Origin: Eledone cirrhosa
Taxonomy: Eukaryota
Direction of reading: 5' to 3'
Length of the DNA: 64,000 nucleotides
Assembly: GCA_964016885.1 (NCBI GenBank)
Contig: OZ024743.1
Location: 174,158,001 to 174,222,000, forward strand
Shown: one piece after another, positions 14,216 to 27,456 of the stretch
How positions within the stretch are numbered: the first letter of the stretch is position 1
Layout: each line of letters opens with the position of its first letter
Translations under genes and position numbers: made by a program
Notes under the pieces: generated by a model
Database searches by the model: none
Seen by the model: only the letters and a program-made list of their open reading frames with translations
Told to the model about the DNA's origin: nothing

Positions 14216-14829
14216 AAAGAATTAGTATATCTACTAACATATATATATACACAGATGCATACCTATGCCAGCAAATATATAGGTTTTGTCTTAGTAACTT
14301 TGTGGTTCAATGCAGAACAATAATATGAAAGACGTAAAATAAGAAAATTATAAAAATTAACTTACTTACTAAAATTTCACTCCAACTAATTAGTTTCTGA
14401 AAGGGAATAAACATAGTTTCCGAAGAAACGTACGGAGAAGCCTTTCGTCATCAGGGAAGTCTATTCTCAGCTAAGTTTCCAGGCAATGCGTGGACACAGG
14501 GAACTTGTACAAAAATAATTCAGTGGATGGAAAAAAGCAAAGCGTGGACTAAGTTCCAAGCCATTGAAAAAATCACTGTCTACTGCGTCGGTGGCAAATT
14601 CAAAAGAATCAATCACGTGACATCGAGGTTAATCAGTGAGGAGTGGTTTGTTAAGAAGACAGCAGCCGAAGCGTTACTATGAACTATGGTAGTAGTTTTG
14701 GCCAATTTTGGATTGACAAAATAATTTGGAGATAATTATAAAGAATTAGTATATCTACTAACATATATATACAGATGCATACCTATGCCAGCAAATATAT
14801 AGGTTTTGTCTTAGTAACTTTGTGGTTCA
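14216..14829 (-). mobile_element. Non-coding ~525-bp unit with ~90-bp terminal direct repeat (1.2-mer), carrying an HHR
   Basis: aaagaattagtatatctactaac...gtggttca at ~14216-14309 and ~14740-14829; TA flanks on both sides. Confidence 0.8.
14379..14460 (-). ncRNA. Type I hammerhead ribozyme with extended stem II
   Basis: Minus strand: acttcc CTGATGA c-gaaagg...cctttc-a GAAAC taatta GTT ggagt. Confidence 0.75.
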
Positions 14830-15355
<526 letters not shown>

Positions 15356-15396
15356 ATATAATTAACAACAAAGAACGCTTAGAACATAGGTATATC

Positions 15397-15452
15397 TTTA
15401 ATTGCTAACAGTGTTTCGTCCACACTATAAGTGGGACTCATCAGAGCATAAA
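15397..15452 (-). ncRNA. Type I hammerhead ribozyme (inverted-arm copy)
   Basis: Reverse complement of the HHR at 20841-20896. Confidence 0.9.
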
Positions 15453-16862
15453 GAGTGAGTACATATTACACAAGCATTAACAAAGCCAAGACAGAAGAAT
15501 ATATATGGGGATGCCATAAGTTGGGAGGAGTTTAAAGAGTAGAGTGAATAGAGTGAGATAGTGTAGAAAATAAAATTGGAGGATAAAGAATAGTAAAAAG
15601 TAAAAAATAAACATTGAAGAAATAAAAAATAAACATTGAAAAATAAGCATTGAAAAATAAGAGGTGCTATCACTCGCAGTTGGGCAGGGTGCTGTTAACA
15701 TACAGTTACATACAAGCATGAGCACCCGCATGCAACCACACAACAGGCAGCCATATGCAACACATATAGTATAGACTAATACAAATAACATATCATGGAC
15801 GAGTATGCAAAAGCTAAGAGATAAATGGTAGATATACAATGGGTAAAAATACAATGGGTAAAAGTAAGATAAACAAAGGATAAAAATAGATTAACCATAG
15901 ATAAAAAATAGATTAACCATGGATAAGAGATAGAGAATAGATAAGGAATAGACAAAAATAGATAAGATAGATAAGAGTAGATAAAAATAGATAAAAAATA
16001 GATAAAAAATAGACAAATAATATATATAAAAAATATAAAAAATATATATAAAATATACAGATAATAAAGATAAAGGGTAAAGAATAAAATAAAATAAAAT
16101 TATATAAAATAAAATACAATGAAATAAAATAAAATAAAGTAAAGTGTGATAAGATATTTATTTTTTGAATATATCAGGGGCACACGAACGCCTTAAGTGT
16201 TACAGTTAGCCATATCACAACAATCAAATGCTCAAATGAGATTTATAATTAACAGGTGCTATGTCCACACTCGATTGAGTTGACCATTGCAATGCAATGG
16301 AGACATCCCAGGTTGGGCAGTCACAGAAGTTCACACTCTAAAGTCACGGGTGTGCATTCATATAGTTGAGCGGTGGGGCAATCACAAAAGGTTCACACTC
16401 GGGCAGGAATCTATTGGTCAACAGAAGTATATCCACTTCATTTATAATGAACTACATAGGAACTACAAAAAAACAACGCAGAGTAATTTAGATAATATTA
16501 ATCTGGAGGGGTATAACATAGTGGTATAATTAGGTCTAGATAAACACACTCAACCATATTACCCCAAGCAGCCTAGATTCACCCTCAAGGACCATAAGGA
16601 AAATTTTATTAGCAGACCCTCAGTTAGGCTTATCTGCCCCTCCAAGTCTGATCTGGGGATTATTAGTAAGGGAATCCTAGATAGCGTTATTCCCCTGGTT
16701 AGAGAAAAAACTTTCCTTGAGCTTTGGGGTAACACTACTGAAGTCATTAGGTGGTTCTCTACGGATTGTGGTCGTGACTCACTTAGGTTCATCCAATTTG
16801 ATATTGATGCTTATTATACATCTATATCTCCTATTATCCTCAATAAGGCCCTTATCCTAGCC

Positions 16863-18455
16863 ATGCAGAGAGGGGCAATTACACGGCTACAGATAGATAT
16901 TGTTCTCGCTGCACGTAAAACCATTATCATATTTGAGGATAATCTATGGACGAGAAAAAACACACCGGATAATTTTGACATTACTATGGGGTCAAGTGAT
17001 TCTGCTCAGGTCACTGACTTAGTTGGGCTATACCTCCTCAATGAACTACATAGTAACTTCCCATTCCTTAGGGGTGGGTTGTACCGGGATGACGCCCTAC
17101 TCTCCATAGATATTAGTAAGTATAATATAGTGCGCATTAGGAAAAAGCTGCATAGTTTCTTTAAAACCTTTAATCTGTCCATTACTATGGATATAAACGA
17201 TAGAACTGTTAACTTCCTTGATGTTACATTAGACTTGGATAACCATACGTACACACCGTACCATAAGCCTAATGAATTGCTGACTTACGTGAATACCAAC
17301 TCTAACCACCCTAGGTCGGTCATCAGTGGTATATTGAAGGGCGTATCTAACAGAATAAGTTCACTCTCACATAGCGAAGAGGCGTTTAACTCGCAGGCTG
17401 ATTACTACAATGATGCCTTAGCTAGATCCGGCTTTAGGGACAAATTGCATTATACCCAGGGAAATAATAGTCCTAATAGTAGCTCTACCAGTGTTGTTAT
17501 AACACATATGTCCATTGGTAATAGAGGTGTCTCGAATAGGAGGGTTCTAAATGCCGGTGAAATGAACCAGCAGGGTACCATTAGTCTAAGTAATAGCAAT
17601 GGTAGGCCTCGCAGCTCCCCGCATAAATTAGGTGAACATAGTAACCGTAGAAATAATAATATTAATAATAATAATAATAATAATAATGATAGAAATAAAA
17701 AGAATAGAAGAAGATTGAATACATATTTCAACCCCCCTTTTAACTCTGAAGTGGCTACAAATATTCCTAGGGCCTTCTTCTCTGTGTTAGAAAGGAACTT
17801 CCCTCCTGGTAATAGGTACCACTCTATCCTCAATAAGAATGTTGTTAAACTTTCGTATTCTACAACCCAAAATCTGGCCTCTCATCTAGCCAATACTAAT
17901 AATAAGAAAATTAAGGAACGCCTGGACAACCTAAGCCTAGGGGAAAACATTGTAGTGGACAGAGAGAGCCTGGACACACGTGGTCAGCAAGCTGGTGATC
18001 ATTCTGAGAATAGCATCACCAGAAATTGTAACTGTAGAAGGGATTCGGGCTGCCCCCTGAATGGTTTCTGCCTTATTAGAAACATAGTTTACGCGTGTGA
18101 TGTGGTAACTACGGCGTCCACTAAAACTTATATAGGATCAACTTCCACCCCCTTTAAGACCAGGTTTAACTCTCACCAGTGCACTTTTAGACACTATAAA
18201 CTGAGAAATTCTACCTCCTTGGCAGCGTACGTCCACAACTCAAAAAATGCACGAACACATTACACCCTCACTTGGCGGCAGGTTGCTAAATCCCATCCAT
18301 ATACTCCTCATAATAGAGTATGTAACCTATGCCTTACTGAATCCCACTCTATTATATTTGCTAAATGCTCTCTACTAAACAGAAAGTCAGAAATATTTTC
18401 CTCTTGCCCCCACCGAATATTAAGCTCTTTCTTCTACTTTAAACCTATTAGCTAG
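16863..18455 (+). CDS. PLE reverse transcriptase + GIY-YIG endonuclease (partial; homology extends upstream to ~16437 across a TAA at 16527-16529)
   Basis: FDITMGS, GLYRDD, VNFLDVTLDL, SNHP, FNPPF, CNCR..CPL.G.CL, IVY...YIG, CNLCLTE. Confidence 0.92.
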   Translation: MQRGAITRLQIDIVLAARKTIIIFEDNLWTRKNTPDNFDITMGSSDSAQVTDLVGLYLLNELHSNFPFLRGGLYRDDALLSIDISKYNIVRIRKKLHSFFKTFNLSITMDINDRTVNFLDVTLDLDNHTYTPYHKPNELLTYVNTNSNHPRSVISGILKGVSNRISSLSHSEEAFNSQADYYNDALARSGFRDKLHYTQGNNSPNSSSTSVVITHMSIGNRGVSNRRVLNAGEMNQQGTISLSNSNGRPRSSPHKLGEHSNRRNNNINNNNNNNNDRNKKNRRRLNTYFNPPFNSEVATNIPRAFFSVLERNFPPGNRYHSILNKNVVKLSYSTTQNLASHLANTNNKKIKERLDNLSLGENIVVDRESLDTRGQQAGDHSENSITRNCNCRRDSGCPLNGFCLIRNIVYACDVVTTASTKTYIGSTSTPFKTRFNSHQCTFRHYKLRNSTSLAAYVHNSKNARTHYTLTWRQVAKSHPYTPHNRVCNLCLTESHSIIFAKCSLLNRKSEIFSSCPHRILSSFFYFKPIS

Positions 18456-20840
18456 CACTTTCTTAATTCTCCAGTTGGGCTATCTTGTGTAACTGTCTCT
18501 TATTGTGTGTAATTGTTTCCTATTGTTTGTCTTCTATGTATATGAGTCTGTGTGTGTATATGTATGCCTGCGGGAGAATATTGATCTGGATATTGAGGTG
18601 TACAGGTGAGTTGGTGTGTATGTTAATAAGCACCCCTGTTTGGCACAGTGGATGTGACCCATCCACGCTCGCCTAGCCACCCTTAGTGCATTGGTGGGTC
18701 TATCCCAACGTGTATTTTACGGATCTGTACCTCTGTATGCGCATGAGTTATGATGTAATATATCTATGTAGAGCGTGTACTGCGCTATAAGATGCACAAT
18801 TGATTTGGTTTTATTTAACCTGCCCTTCGTGTTTTATCTTATTTAGTTTACTTTAATCACCTTGTAGACTTGGAGTGGGCCAGTGACCTGTGCCCATTTG
18901 GGATAGAAATCTAGCCTGTAACTGTGAGCGGACCTGTGCCATCTCGCCGTGAGCAGTAGATGCGTAGCACATGCACGTGTTACCCTCCTATTCTGTGGTT
19001 TAAGATCTACAGGCTGACTTCGGGGAGCTCTTGCCCGGTGTTGTAGTCTTTCTAGCACAATCGGCCTTCCATATATTGACGGTCGTTGTTATTATCCCAA
19101 AAATAACGTTTTGGCCCCGATAGCCCTCCGTAGTTATTAACGGTCTGTTTACACTTGAATCGGGTGACTACACGTGTGGACATGCATCTCTTCGTAAGAA
19201 TTTACTTTGATTAATTTTGCTGCATCTCCTCGTAAGAATTTATTTTGATTAATTTTGCTGGGAAAAATATATATTATCTGTGACCAGTGTGAGCGACTGT
19301 TGTGGGTTCTGCCTTTTGTTAGCCTTATGAGATATTTCTGTGTAATATATCCGCTTTGACCCGGGTGTCCTACGCTGTGTGTGTGTGCGTGTATGTCTGT
19401 ATATACATTTATATGTGTATGAGTGTAGGTGGTTATATATGTCTATATATAAATATATATATATATATACCGTCTCTGCATATGCATGTGGTGTGTGTAT
19501 ATGTATATACGTACTAACCATATTGTTGTGTATATTCTTAGGATGCCTCAATGTTGTAATTTCATGGATATTGGCTTTTGAAGCTATTTTTTATATGCGC
19601 TGTTGAGTCTCATATATTAAGTGGTATGCATATTAACCCGCCTAACCCAACTGTATTTGCTTGCTTTCGGCTAGCCCACCTGCACTTGCTTGCTTTCGGC
19701 CCACTTATCTGCCTCTTGATGTTCATGTTGATGTAAACGAATTTGCTTGCTACCTTGTGACGTTGTGACACTCAGTTATCTGCCCATGGATGTTCCTGCT
19801 GCTGCATGTGAATTTACCTACCTTCCTTGCATATGTCCTTGCTAGTGATGTGGATATACTTCTGTTGACCAATAGATTCCTGCCCGAGTGTGAACCTTTT
19901 GTGATTGCCCCACCGCTCAACTATATGAATGCACATCCGTGACTTTAGAGTGTGAACTTCTGTGACTGCCCAACCTGGGATGTCTCCATTGCATTGCAAT
20001 GGTCAACTCAATCGAGTGTGGACATAGCACCTGTTAATTATAAATCTCATTTGAGCATTTGATTGTTGTGATATGGCTAACTGTAACACTTAAGGCGTTC
20101 GTGTGCCCCTGATATATTCAAAAAATATATATCTTATCACACTTTACTTTATTTTATTTTATTTCATTGTATTTTATTTTATATAATTTTATTTTATTTT
20201 ATTCTTTACCCTTTATCTTTATTATCTGTATATTTTATATATATTTTTTATATTTTTTATATATATTATTTGTCTATTTTTTATCTATTTTTTATCTATT
20301 TTTATCTACTCTTATCTATCTTATCTATTTTTGTCTATTCCTTATCTATTCTCTATCTCTTATCCATGGTTAATCTATTTTTTATCTATGGTTAATCTAT
20401 TTTTATCCTTTGTTTATCTTACTTTTACCCATTGTATTTTTACCCATTGTATATCTACCATTTATCTCTTAGCTTATCTCGTCCATGATATGTTATTTGT
20501 ATTAGTCTATACTATATGTGTTGCATATGGCTGCCTGTTGTGTGGTTGCATGCGGGTGCTCATGCTTATGCGTATGCTTGTATGTAACTGTATGTTAACA
20601 GCACCCTGCCCAACTGCGAGTGATAGCACCTCTTATTTTTCAATGCTTATTTTTCAATGTTTATTTTTTATTTCTTCAATGTTTATTTTTTACTTTTTAC
20701 TATTCTTTATCCTCCAATTTTATTTTCTACACTATCTCACTCTATTCACTCTACTCTTTAAACTCCTCCCAACTTATGGCATCCCCATATATATTCTTCT
20801 GTCTTGGCTTTGTTAATACTTGTGTAATATGTACTCACTC

Positions 20841-20896
20841 TTTATGCTCTGATGAGTCCCACTTATAGTGTGGACGAAACACTGTTAGCAATTAAA
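20841..20896 (+). ncRNA. Type I hammerhead ribozyme
   Basis: tttatgct CTGATGA gtcc-cacttatagtgt-ggac GAAAC act GTT agca attaaa. Confidence 0.92.
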
Positions 20897-21043
20897 GATA
20901 TACCTATGTTCTAAGCGTTCTTTGTTGTTAATTATATTACGGCTCTGTCCTCTGACATCGAGCTAACCTTATACTGCCTATTGGATAAGTGGAGTGTTAC
21001 ACACTCCTAATCCTCTCCCTTATATACTATATGTATATATATG

Positions 21044-21178
<135 letters not shown>

Positions 21179-21233
21179 GTATATATATATATGTATATAT
21201 ATATATATGTATATATATGTATATATATATATG

Positions 21234-21280
<47 letters not shown>

Positions 21281-21313
21281 TTATATATGTATATGTATAT
21301 GTATATATATATG

Positions 21314-21362
<49 letters not shown>

Positions 21363-21479
21363 GTATATATATATGTATATATATATATGTATATATATAT
21401 GTATATATATATATGTATATATATATGTATATATATATATGTATATATATATATGTATATATATATGTATATATATATG

Positions 21480-21562
<83 letters not shown>

Positions 21563-21746
21563 GTATATATATATATATGTATGTATATATATATATGTGT
21601 AAGATGTATGGTAGGTCGTATGTGAATCGCGATGATCACGTCTGACCTACCAAATATGTGACGGTAGCTAGTTAAGCTCTATGCGTATAAGCAGAGCAGA
21701 AATATTAATGAAAAAGAACAAAGGAACTATTATGACATTATAACAA

Positions 21747-21805
21747 GTTTATTGCCGACAGCCGTTTCGTCCGACCATATGGTGGGACTTTTCAAGGCAT
21801 ATAAC
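21747..21805 (-). ncRNA. Type I hammerhead ribozyme, U3-A8 variant (3' pLTR)
   Basis: Minus strand: gttatatgcc TTGAAAA gtcc-caccatatggtc-ggac GAAAC ggct GTC ggcaataaac. Confidence 0.88.
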
Positions 21806-22759
21806 ATGTGATTGTAAGTTCATTATTTACATCAACGTTTCACACAAGATTAGCAGTTTGAAATTGTGGTATACATCAGCAGCTCCGCTTGTATATTTGG
21901 GGTCTATATTCTAAGGGGGCTCTTTTATATTAGTTGTCGGAGTTGTAAAAGGGATGGGTTATGGGGAGTTAAGAGAATTTGAAAAGGGCCTAAGAGTCAG
22001 GGATTGAAGGTTAAAAATTAGATAATTTATAATTTACGCATTAAAAGTAAAAGACTTGGGATCTCGTAGAAGCACCTTAAAAAATCCCTCAATAAGTGCA
22101 TAAAGCTTATAAGCCCCAATAAACCTAACAAACCAGAAGAGATTAAGAGACTAAAAAAATAAAAAAAAATAAAAATATAAAGTTTCCTAAAAAATTCCTT
22201 CGAGAGAAAAAAAATTTTTTCGAAAGAAAAAAATTTTGTTCCCCAGAAATCACGTTAAAAAATTTCAGAAAATTTACGAAGTTTTGATAATCCCTACTAA
22301 GTTGAAAGAAACTAATCAATTAAAGGTTAATTCAAAAAGCCTTCAAAAAATCCCTCAGAAAAGGCCCCTTTAATATTTTTAATAAGAACCTCTCCCGAGA
22401 GACCCTTCGAAGAATTAAAATTTTAGAGAGCCTTTAAGGATATATATAAACGAATTGAGGAAAATTATAAATTAAAAGTTAAAAATTACGGGATTTGGGA
22501 TATCCGAGGAATTTTCAAAGGGCTGCTTCAACAGATACAACTTAGGTATAATAGATAAAATAATTTAAGTAATTTAAGTAATTTAATTAGGGAGCAATTC
22601 AAAGAGCTTATCAAGTTGGGCAAGATTAAAGAAAATTATAAGTAAGAAAATACATAAGCAAAAAGACAATAATTATAAAATGTATTTTTAAGAAGGTATA
22701 AGGTAGCTTCAGTAATCTAATAATGTACTATCAAAAAATTATTATAAAATTATTAATAC

Positions 22760-23010
22760 AGGATTAACAAAGACATAATAATATATTCCTGCCTAATTAA
22801 CAAATAATCAATAAACAATTAACAGTCAAGCAAAATTAGCTCAGGGATATCCCGCGCTCGGATACTTTACACACATACAGCAACACATAGGATTAACAAA
22901 GACATAATGGTATATTCCTGCCTAATTAACAAACAATCAATAAACAATTGATAGTCAAGAAAATGCACTCAGGGATATCCCACGCACGGATACTTTACAC
23001 ACATACAGCA
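22760..23010. repeat. ~128-bp tandem duplication in the PLE 3' UTR
   Basis: ggattaacaaagacataat...ggatactttacacacatacagcaa occurs twice. Confidence 0.85.
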
Positions 23011-24284
23011 AGATGAACAATACAGGTGACCTTGTGGGTGCGATATCCATTGTGCGTATGTAGTCATCTGCATAGCTCCAGGCACAGTTGGTCTTGTTTA
23101 AAAGTTCAGAGTTCACGAATCAACTGGGATTCACTATCAGCTGTGTGGACTCTCTGGGAAATGTACCTGTGGATCAAATAACTAGTGGTTGCTGGGTGTG
23201 GTCCGTTCGATCTTTTAGTTTCGGGGATTGCACGGGTTTGCGATAGATCAGCCTGCCGGTTCTAAATCCAAGGTCTCGCTGCATAGGATGTATTGGTTTA
23301 CATGCTATATTGGTAAAAAAAACCAGTGTGGATTTGACTGGGGTGGTATATTGCGTCTCTCGCTAATATCTCCTCCTCTCACGAACTCCAAGCACACACG
23401 CGACTGGTCAAATGCGAAGGGCTGTCCCCTCTTTGTTTGTTGTAGTGGTCGGTTCCAGCTTAAATGGTGGTCGTGTTATCCATATTCCGTCAGCCATGCC
23501 TATTCAAGACAGATCAGGGTATATATTTGCGGGTATGGTCCGGCGTCTACGCTATCCAGAGGGTCTCTCTCGTGGTATTTTCAAGTTCGCATGTCATCTC
23601 CCGGTTAAGACTGCGCATGCTTCGGTGAATCTCATGCATGGAATCTTGGGGTATCATATTACACGGGGTGACTAGCAGAAAATATATATTCCATGCTATC
23701 GCGCACGCGCTGGCCTGTGGCTACGACCGTGTCCAGTCTCGGGTAGTAGCAGACAGCAGGTAGACCAGCTAGACACACCCCTGCTCAAGGGTCACAACCC
23801 CTAACTTATCGAGTGGTCAGACATCAAGGGAGTCAACTCTCCAAGCCCATTAAGTCAACCGTGGTAATATACAAAAAAATCCCTATTAATAAAGAACTAA
23901 CTCAAAAAGAACCACTACTAATAAAGAAGAACTAACTCAAAAGAAGTGAATGGGGAGAATGGGGAGGGGCATCTATTTGGGCGGGGGTTTATTAGAGGAG
24001 GGGGAGGGGTTGATTGGTTATAGGCAGGGAGCGGCCGCCATATTGGGTGTTCTGTTACTGTTTCCTTGGGCAAGTTCCCGAATTTGTTGACATACATCTC
24101 CGACGGCAACTCCCCAGATTAGTCAACGTTGGTCCAGGCACTCACAATGTCCCACACCGCAGGCATCAGCTGCCCCCAGGGTGCCCAGCAACAATGCTGC
24201 CACAAATCCCAAGTTGGCAAGTGGGACACAGGGTCGACTGTTCCTCACCAGAGTCCCCATCGGCAATCGGGGAGCCGAGGCATC

Positions 24285-26945
24285 CTAATCGCCAGCGGGG
24301 CAGCCATGTGCGGGACAGGGTGGGGTCAGGGCTATGTGTCTGGTCTGAAGAAAAAGAAAGCTAAGTATAGTATGGGGGCAGGACGAGAAGATTTCTGACC
24401 TCCTGTTGAGCAAGTTGAGTCCTGAGAATACTATGGCATGAGATTCAGTTAGGCACAGGCTACAAAACCTGCTCAACGAGCTATATGGAGGAGCTTTAGT
24501 AAGGTATCTCCAGCTTCGTGTGTAGGGGGTTTTTGTTTGTTTTAAGTTATGTATATGCCCCGCTAACGACGTGGTATTTTTAAGCTTCTCATATCGGAAG
24601 CTATGCTGGTGGGCGTTGAATCTCGTCTTGAACTGGTTAGCGGTTGACCCCACATACGTCTTAGTATACGTGTCTGTGGTTACGTTACAAGCATATACTA
24701 CGTTCCTAATAAGGCAGTGTCCAGCTAGTGGGCATTTGTCCTTCCGTCTGCAATTACACTTTCTAATAGGGTCATGCTCCTCAATCAGGGGTGCATGTCC
24801 CTCCAAGCAGCCGCGGGGCTGCCTAGTGGGACCGGTTCTATTGCCTGTTATCCCCCTGGGTCTTTCACTCAGTGGGTTGGTCCCGTGTTGTCGTGTGCAC
24901 TGGCATGGTTCACTATTTCGGATGGCCTTAAGTCCCTCTTTAATCTTACTCTTATTGGTGTTAGCTAGGTGTGAGGCCAGATTAGGGGTTGTTGAGTACG
25001 ATAGTTTGATAGTATTCTTATTGATGACACTACCGTACCTACTACCTGGGGGGAAGTTCCTATCTATTAAATAGAAAAAAGATTTGGGGAGGTCTGTAAT
25101 AATATTAGAGTTGAAGGGCGGGTTAAAGAAGGTACTATCACGTCTTCTATTCCTTCCACTGCGTTTCTTATCCCCTATGCTGCTTACCCTCCCTTCATCT
25201 ATATTATCACGGGTTCTACCAGGTGTGGTTGCTGGGCTCCCAGTGGTATGTGTGTTTGTCTCGAATCTCCTAGGCTTCTGGCCCCCGTTTTCACTGTTGG
25301 ACTTGCTTGGGGCGGCGTAGCGCTTTCCAGGCGCGTGGGCCCTATCCGTGTCTGCATTGCGAGTGTTGTTTTTCTTAGCTAAATTCCTATTGTCCCTATT
25401 CGTCATTCTAGCTCTCCCTCCATCTCCCATGGACATATTATGCGTGATTACAGTGCTGGGTTGGGGTGGTGGGGTGGTGCCGCCTGTCTCAACATAATGG
25501 AGTTTATCTTTGTGCCCTGACCCAGCTAGCGCCTTATTGTAATACTCCGCGTTCGCCTCAAATGCGGTCACGCTGCTAGATAGCCCGCTAATCCTACTAG
25601 ATACTCCCTTAACTATTGCTTTGGGGACTGAGCCTGGGTGGTTGGAGTTGGCATTGACGTATGTCAGCCTCTCGTTAGGTTTATGGTACGGTGCATATTC
25701 TAACTTATCTAGGTCTAGTGTGGCATCTAGAAAGTTGACTACCTTACTATTTCTATCCATAGTTATTGATAGGTTAAAGTTCTTGAAGAATTTATATATG
25801 TCCTTTCTAGTTCTTTCTAGGTTGTGTCGTTTAAACTCCACAGTAAGCAATGCGTCGTCACAGTATAGCCCACCTCTGAGGTGTGGGAACTGCTCGTTGA
25901 GCTCCTTGAGCAAGTACAATCCGACGAGGTCTGTCACCTGTGCTGAGTCACTAGACCCCATAGTGATGTCGAAGTTATTACGAGTCTTCTTGCGCGTCCA
26001 CAATTCATCCTCAAATGTGATAATTGTTTTACGAGCGGCAAGGACTATGTCAATCTGGGATCTAGTGAGTCCGCCCGTCCGCATTGCCATCATGGGCGCC
26101 TTATTTAGTAGTATGGGGGATATAGACGTATAGTAGGAGTCTATATCGAACTGGATGAAGCGTAGTGATTTGTGGTTGCTAATTCTTGAGAACCACTTTA
26201 TCACTTCTGCAGTGCTTCCCCATAGGTCCAGGCTAATCCTGTCCTTAACTTTCGGTATGACTTCATCTAGTATTGTTTTACTTATAATCCCTATGTCAGA
26301 TTTATAGGGGCTAATGAGCCTGACAGAGGGGCTACTTGCAAAGTCCTCCTTATGATCTTTCAATGTGAACCTTGGTTGTCGGGGGGTGTAAGGTTGTGTG
26401 TATTTCTTTAATCCTAGCTTCGTTACTATCACTTTAGCCTCCCTGTTAATCTCATTTAGGTTGGCTACAGTGGTTTTTTTATAGTTTTTATGTAGCTCAT
26501 TGTATATGAATCCGCGGTATTCTTCATAAGTCAGGTTGTACATATTCTTAGTCTTGTCCGGGGGTACGAGTATACAATTTCTGTCCTTAAAAGATTTAAC
26601 TAGTGATTCTAACTTAGTTTGGAAGCCGCTACGCTTACCGTTTTTCCTTTTATACCTAATAGACCGGACGAGAGACAATAGGTCACTCTCAAATTTATCG
26701 AGTAGAGGGTTATGGGGCGGGCTCCTAAATGTCCTAAATACATACTTATTATTCGATGGACTCTCTAGTGGGGCGCTACGGCGCCTATCGAAGTGGAATG
26801 TGCGCCATCTTATTCTCCTTACAAACGAATTAACGCTGGCTATAAGCTGCTTTTCATAAGTACCCCTTGGTGGTATGGGTATATTCTTAAGTGATAACGG
26901 AAGATGGTCCTTTGTCAGCATACTGTCGGTGTATTGAAAAGCCAC
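24285..26945 (-). CDS. PLE polyprotein: reverse transcriptase + GIY-YIG endonuclease
   Basis: Uninterrupted 886 aa: PDKTKNMY, FIQFDIDSYY, FDITMGS, GLYCDD, NFLD, SNHP, CNCR..CPL.G.CL, VVY...YVG, CSLCLTE. The true start may be the ATG of MLTKDH. Confidence 0.95.
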   Translation of the reverse strand: MAFQYTDSMLTKDHLPLSLKNIPIPPRGTYEKQLIASVNSFVRRIRWRTFHFDRRRSAPLESPSNNKYVFRTFRSPPHNPLLDKFESDLLSLVRSIRYKRKNGKRSGFQTKLESLVKSFKDRNCILVPPDKTKNMYNLTYEEYRGFIYNELHKNYKKTTVANLNEINREAKVIVTKLGLKKYTQPYTPRQPRFTLKDHKEDFASSPSVRLISPYKSDIGIISKTILDEVIPKVKDRISLDLWGSTAEVIKWFSRISNHKSLRFIQFDIDSYYTSISPILLNKAPMMAMRTGGLTRSQIDIVLAARKTIITFEDELWTRKKTRNNFDITMGSSDSAQVTDLVGLYLLKELNEQFPHLRGGLYCDDALLTVEFKRHNLERTRKDIYKFFKNFNLSITMDRNSKVVNFLDATLDLDKLEYAPYHKPNERLTYVNANSNHPGSVPKAIVKGVSSRISGLSSSVTAFEANAEYYNKALAGSGHKDKLHYVETGGTTPPPQPSTVITHNMSMGDGGRARMTNRDNRNLAKKNNTRNADTDRAHAPGKRYAAPSKSNSENGGQKPRRFETNTHTTGSPATTPGRTRDNIDEGRVSSIGDKKRSGRNRRRDSTFFNPPFNSNIITDLPKSFFYLIDRNFPPGSRYGSVINKNTIKLSYSTTPNLASHLANTNKSKIKEGLKAIRNSEPCQCTRQHGTNPLSERPRGITGNRTGPTRQPRGCLEGHAPLIEEHDPIRKCNCRRKDKCPLAGHCLIRNVVYACNVTTDTYTKTYVGSTANQFKTRFNAHQHSFRYEKLKNTTSLAGHIHNLKQTKTPYTRSWRYLTKAPPYSSLSRFCSLCLTESHAIVFSGLNLLNRRSEIFSSCPHTILSFLFLQTRHIALTPPCPAHGCPAGD

Positions 26946-27149
26946 CCCAGGGCGGTGTGTTTTTCAGTGAAGGTTAAGCTCTACCGGAGGGAGCTAAATA
27001 AGCAAGATGTATGGTAGGTCGTATGTGAATCGCAATGATCACGCCTGACCTACCAAATATGCGACGGTAGCTAGTTAAGCTCTATGCGTATAAGCAGAGC
27101 AGAAATATTAATGAAAAAGAACAAAGGAACTATTATGACATTATAACAA

Positions 27150-27208
27150 GTTTATTGCCGACAGCCGTTTCGTCCGACCATATGGTGGGACTTTTCAAGG
27201 CATATAAC
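27150..27208 (-). ncRNA. Type I hammerhead ribozyme, U3-A8 variant (5' pLTR)
   Basis: Same sequence as 21747-21805. Confidence 0.88.
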
Positions 27209-27456
27209 ATGTGATTGTAAGTTCATTATTTACATCAACGTTTCACACAAGATTAGCAGTTTGAAATTGTGGTATACATCAGCAGCTCCGCTTGTATATT
27301 TGGGGTCTATATTCTAAGGGGGCTCTTTTATATTAGTTGTCGGAGTTGTAAAAGGGACGGGTTATGGGGAGTTAAGAGAATTTGAAAAGGGCCTAAGAGT
27401 CGGGGATTGAAGGTTAAAAATTAGATAATTTATAATTTACGCATTAAAAGTAAAAG

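Larger units (their letters stand above)
15356..21025 (+). mobile_element. 5'-truncated Penelope-like element (Nematis-like) with an inverted copy of its 3' region at the 5' end
   Basis: 15356-16436 is the reverse complement of 19850-20937; RT-GIY-YIG coding region 16437-18455; ~2.5 kb 3' UTR; an HHR in both arms. Confidence 0.93.
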
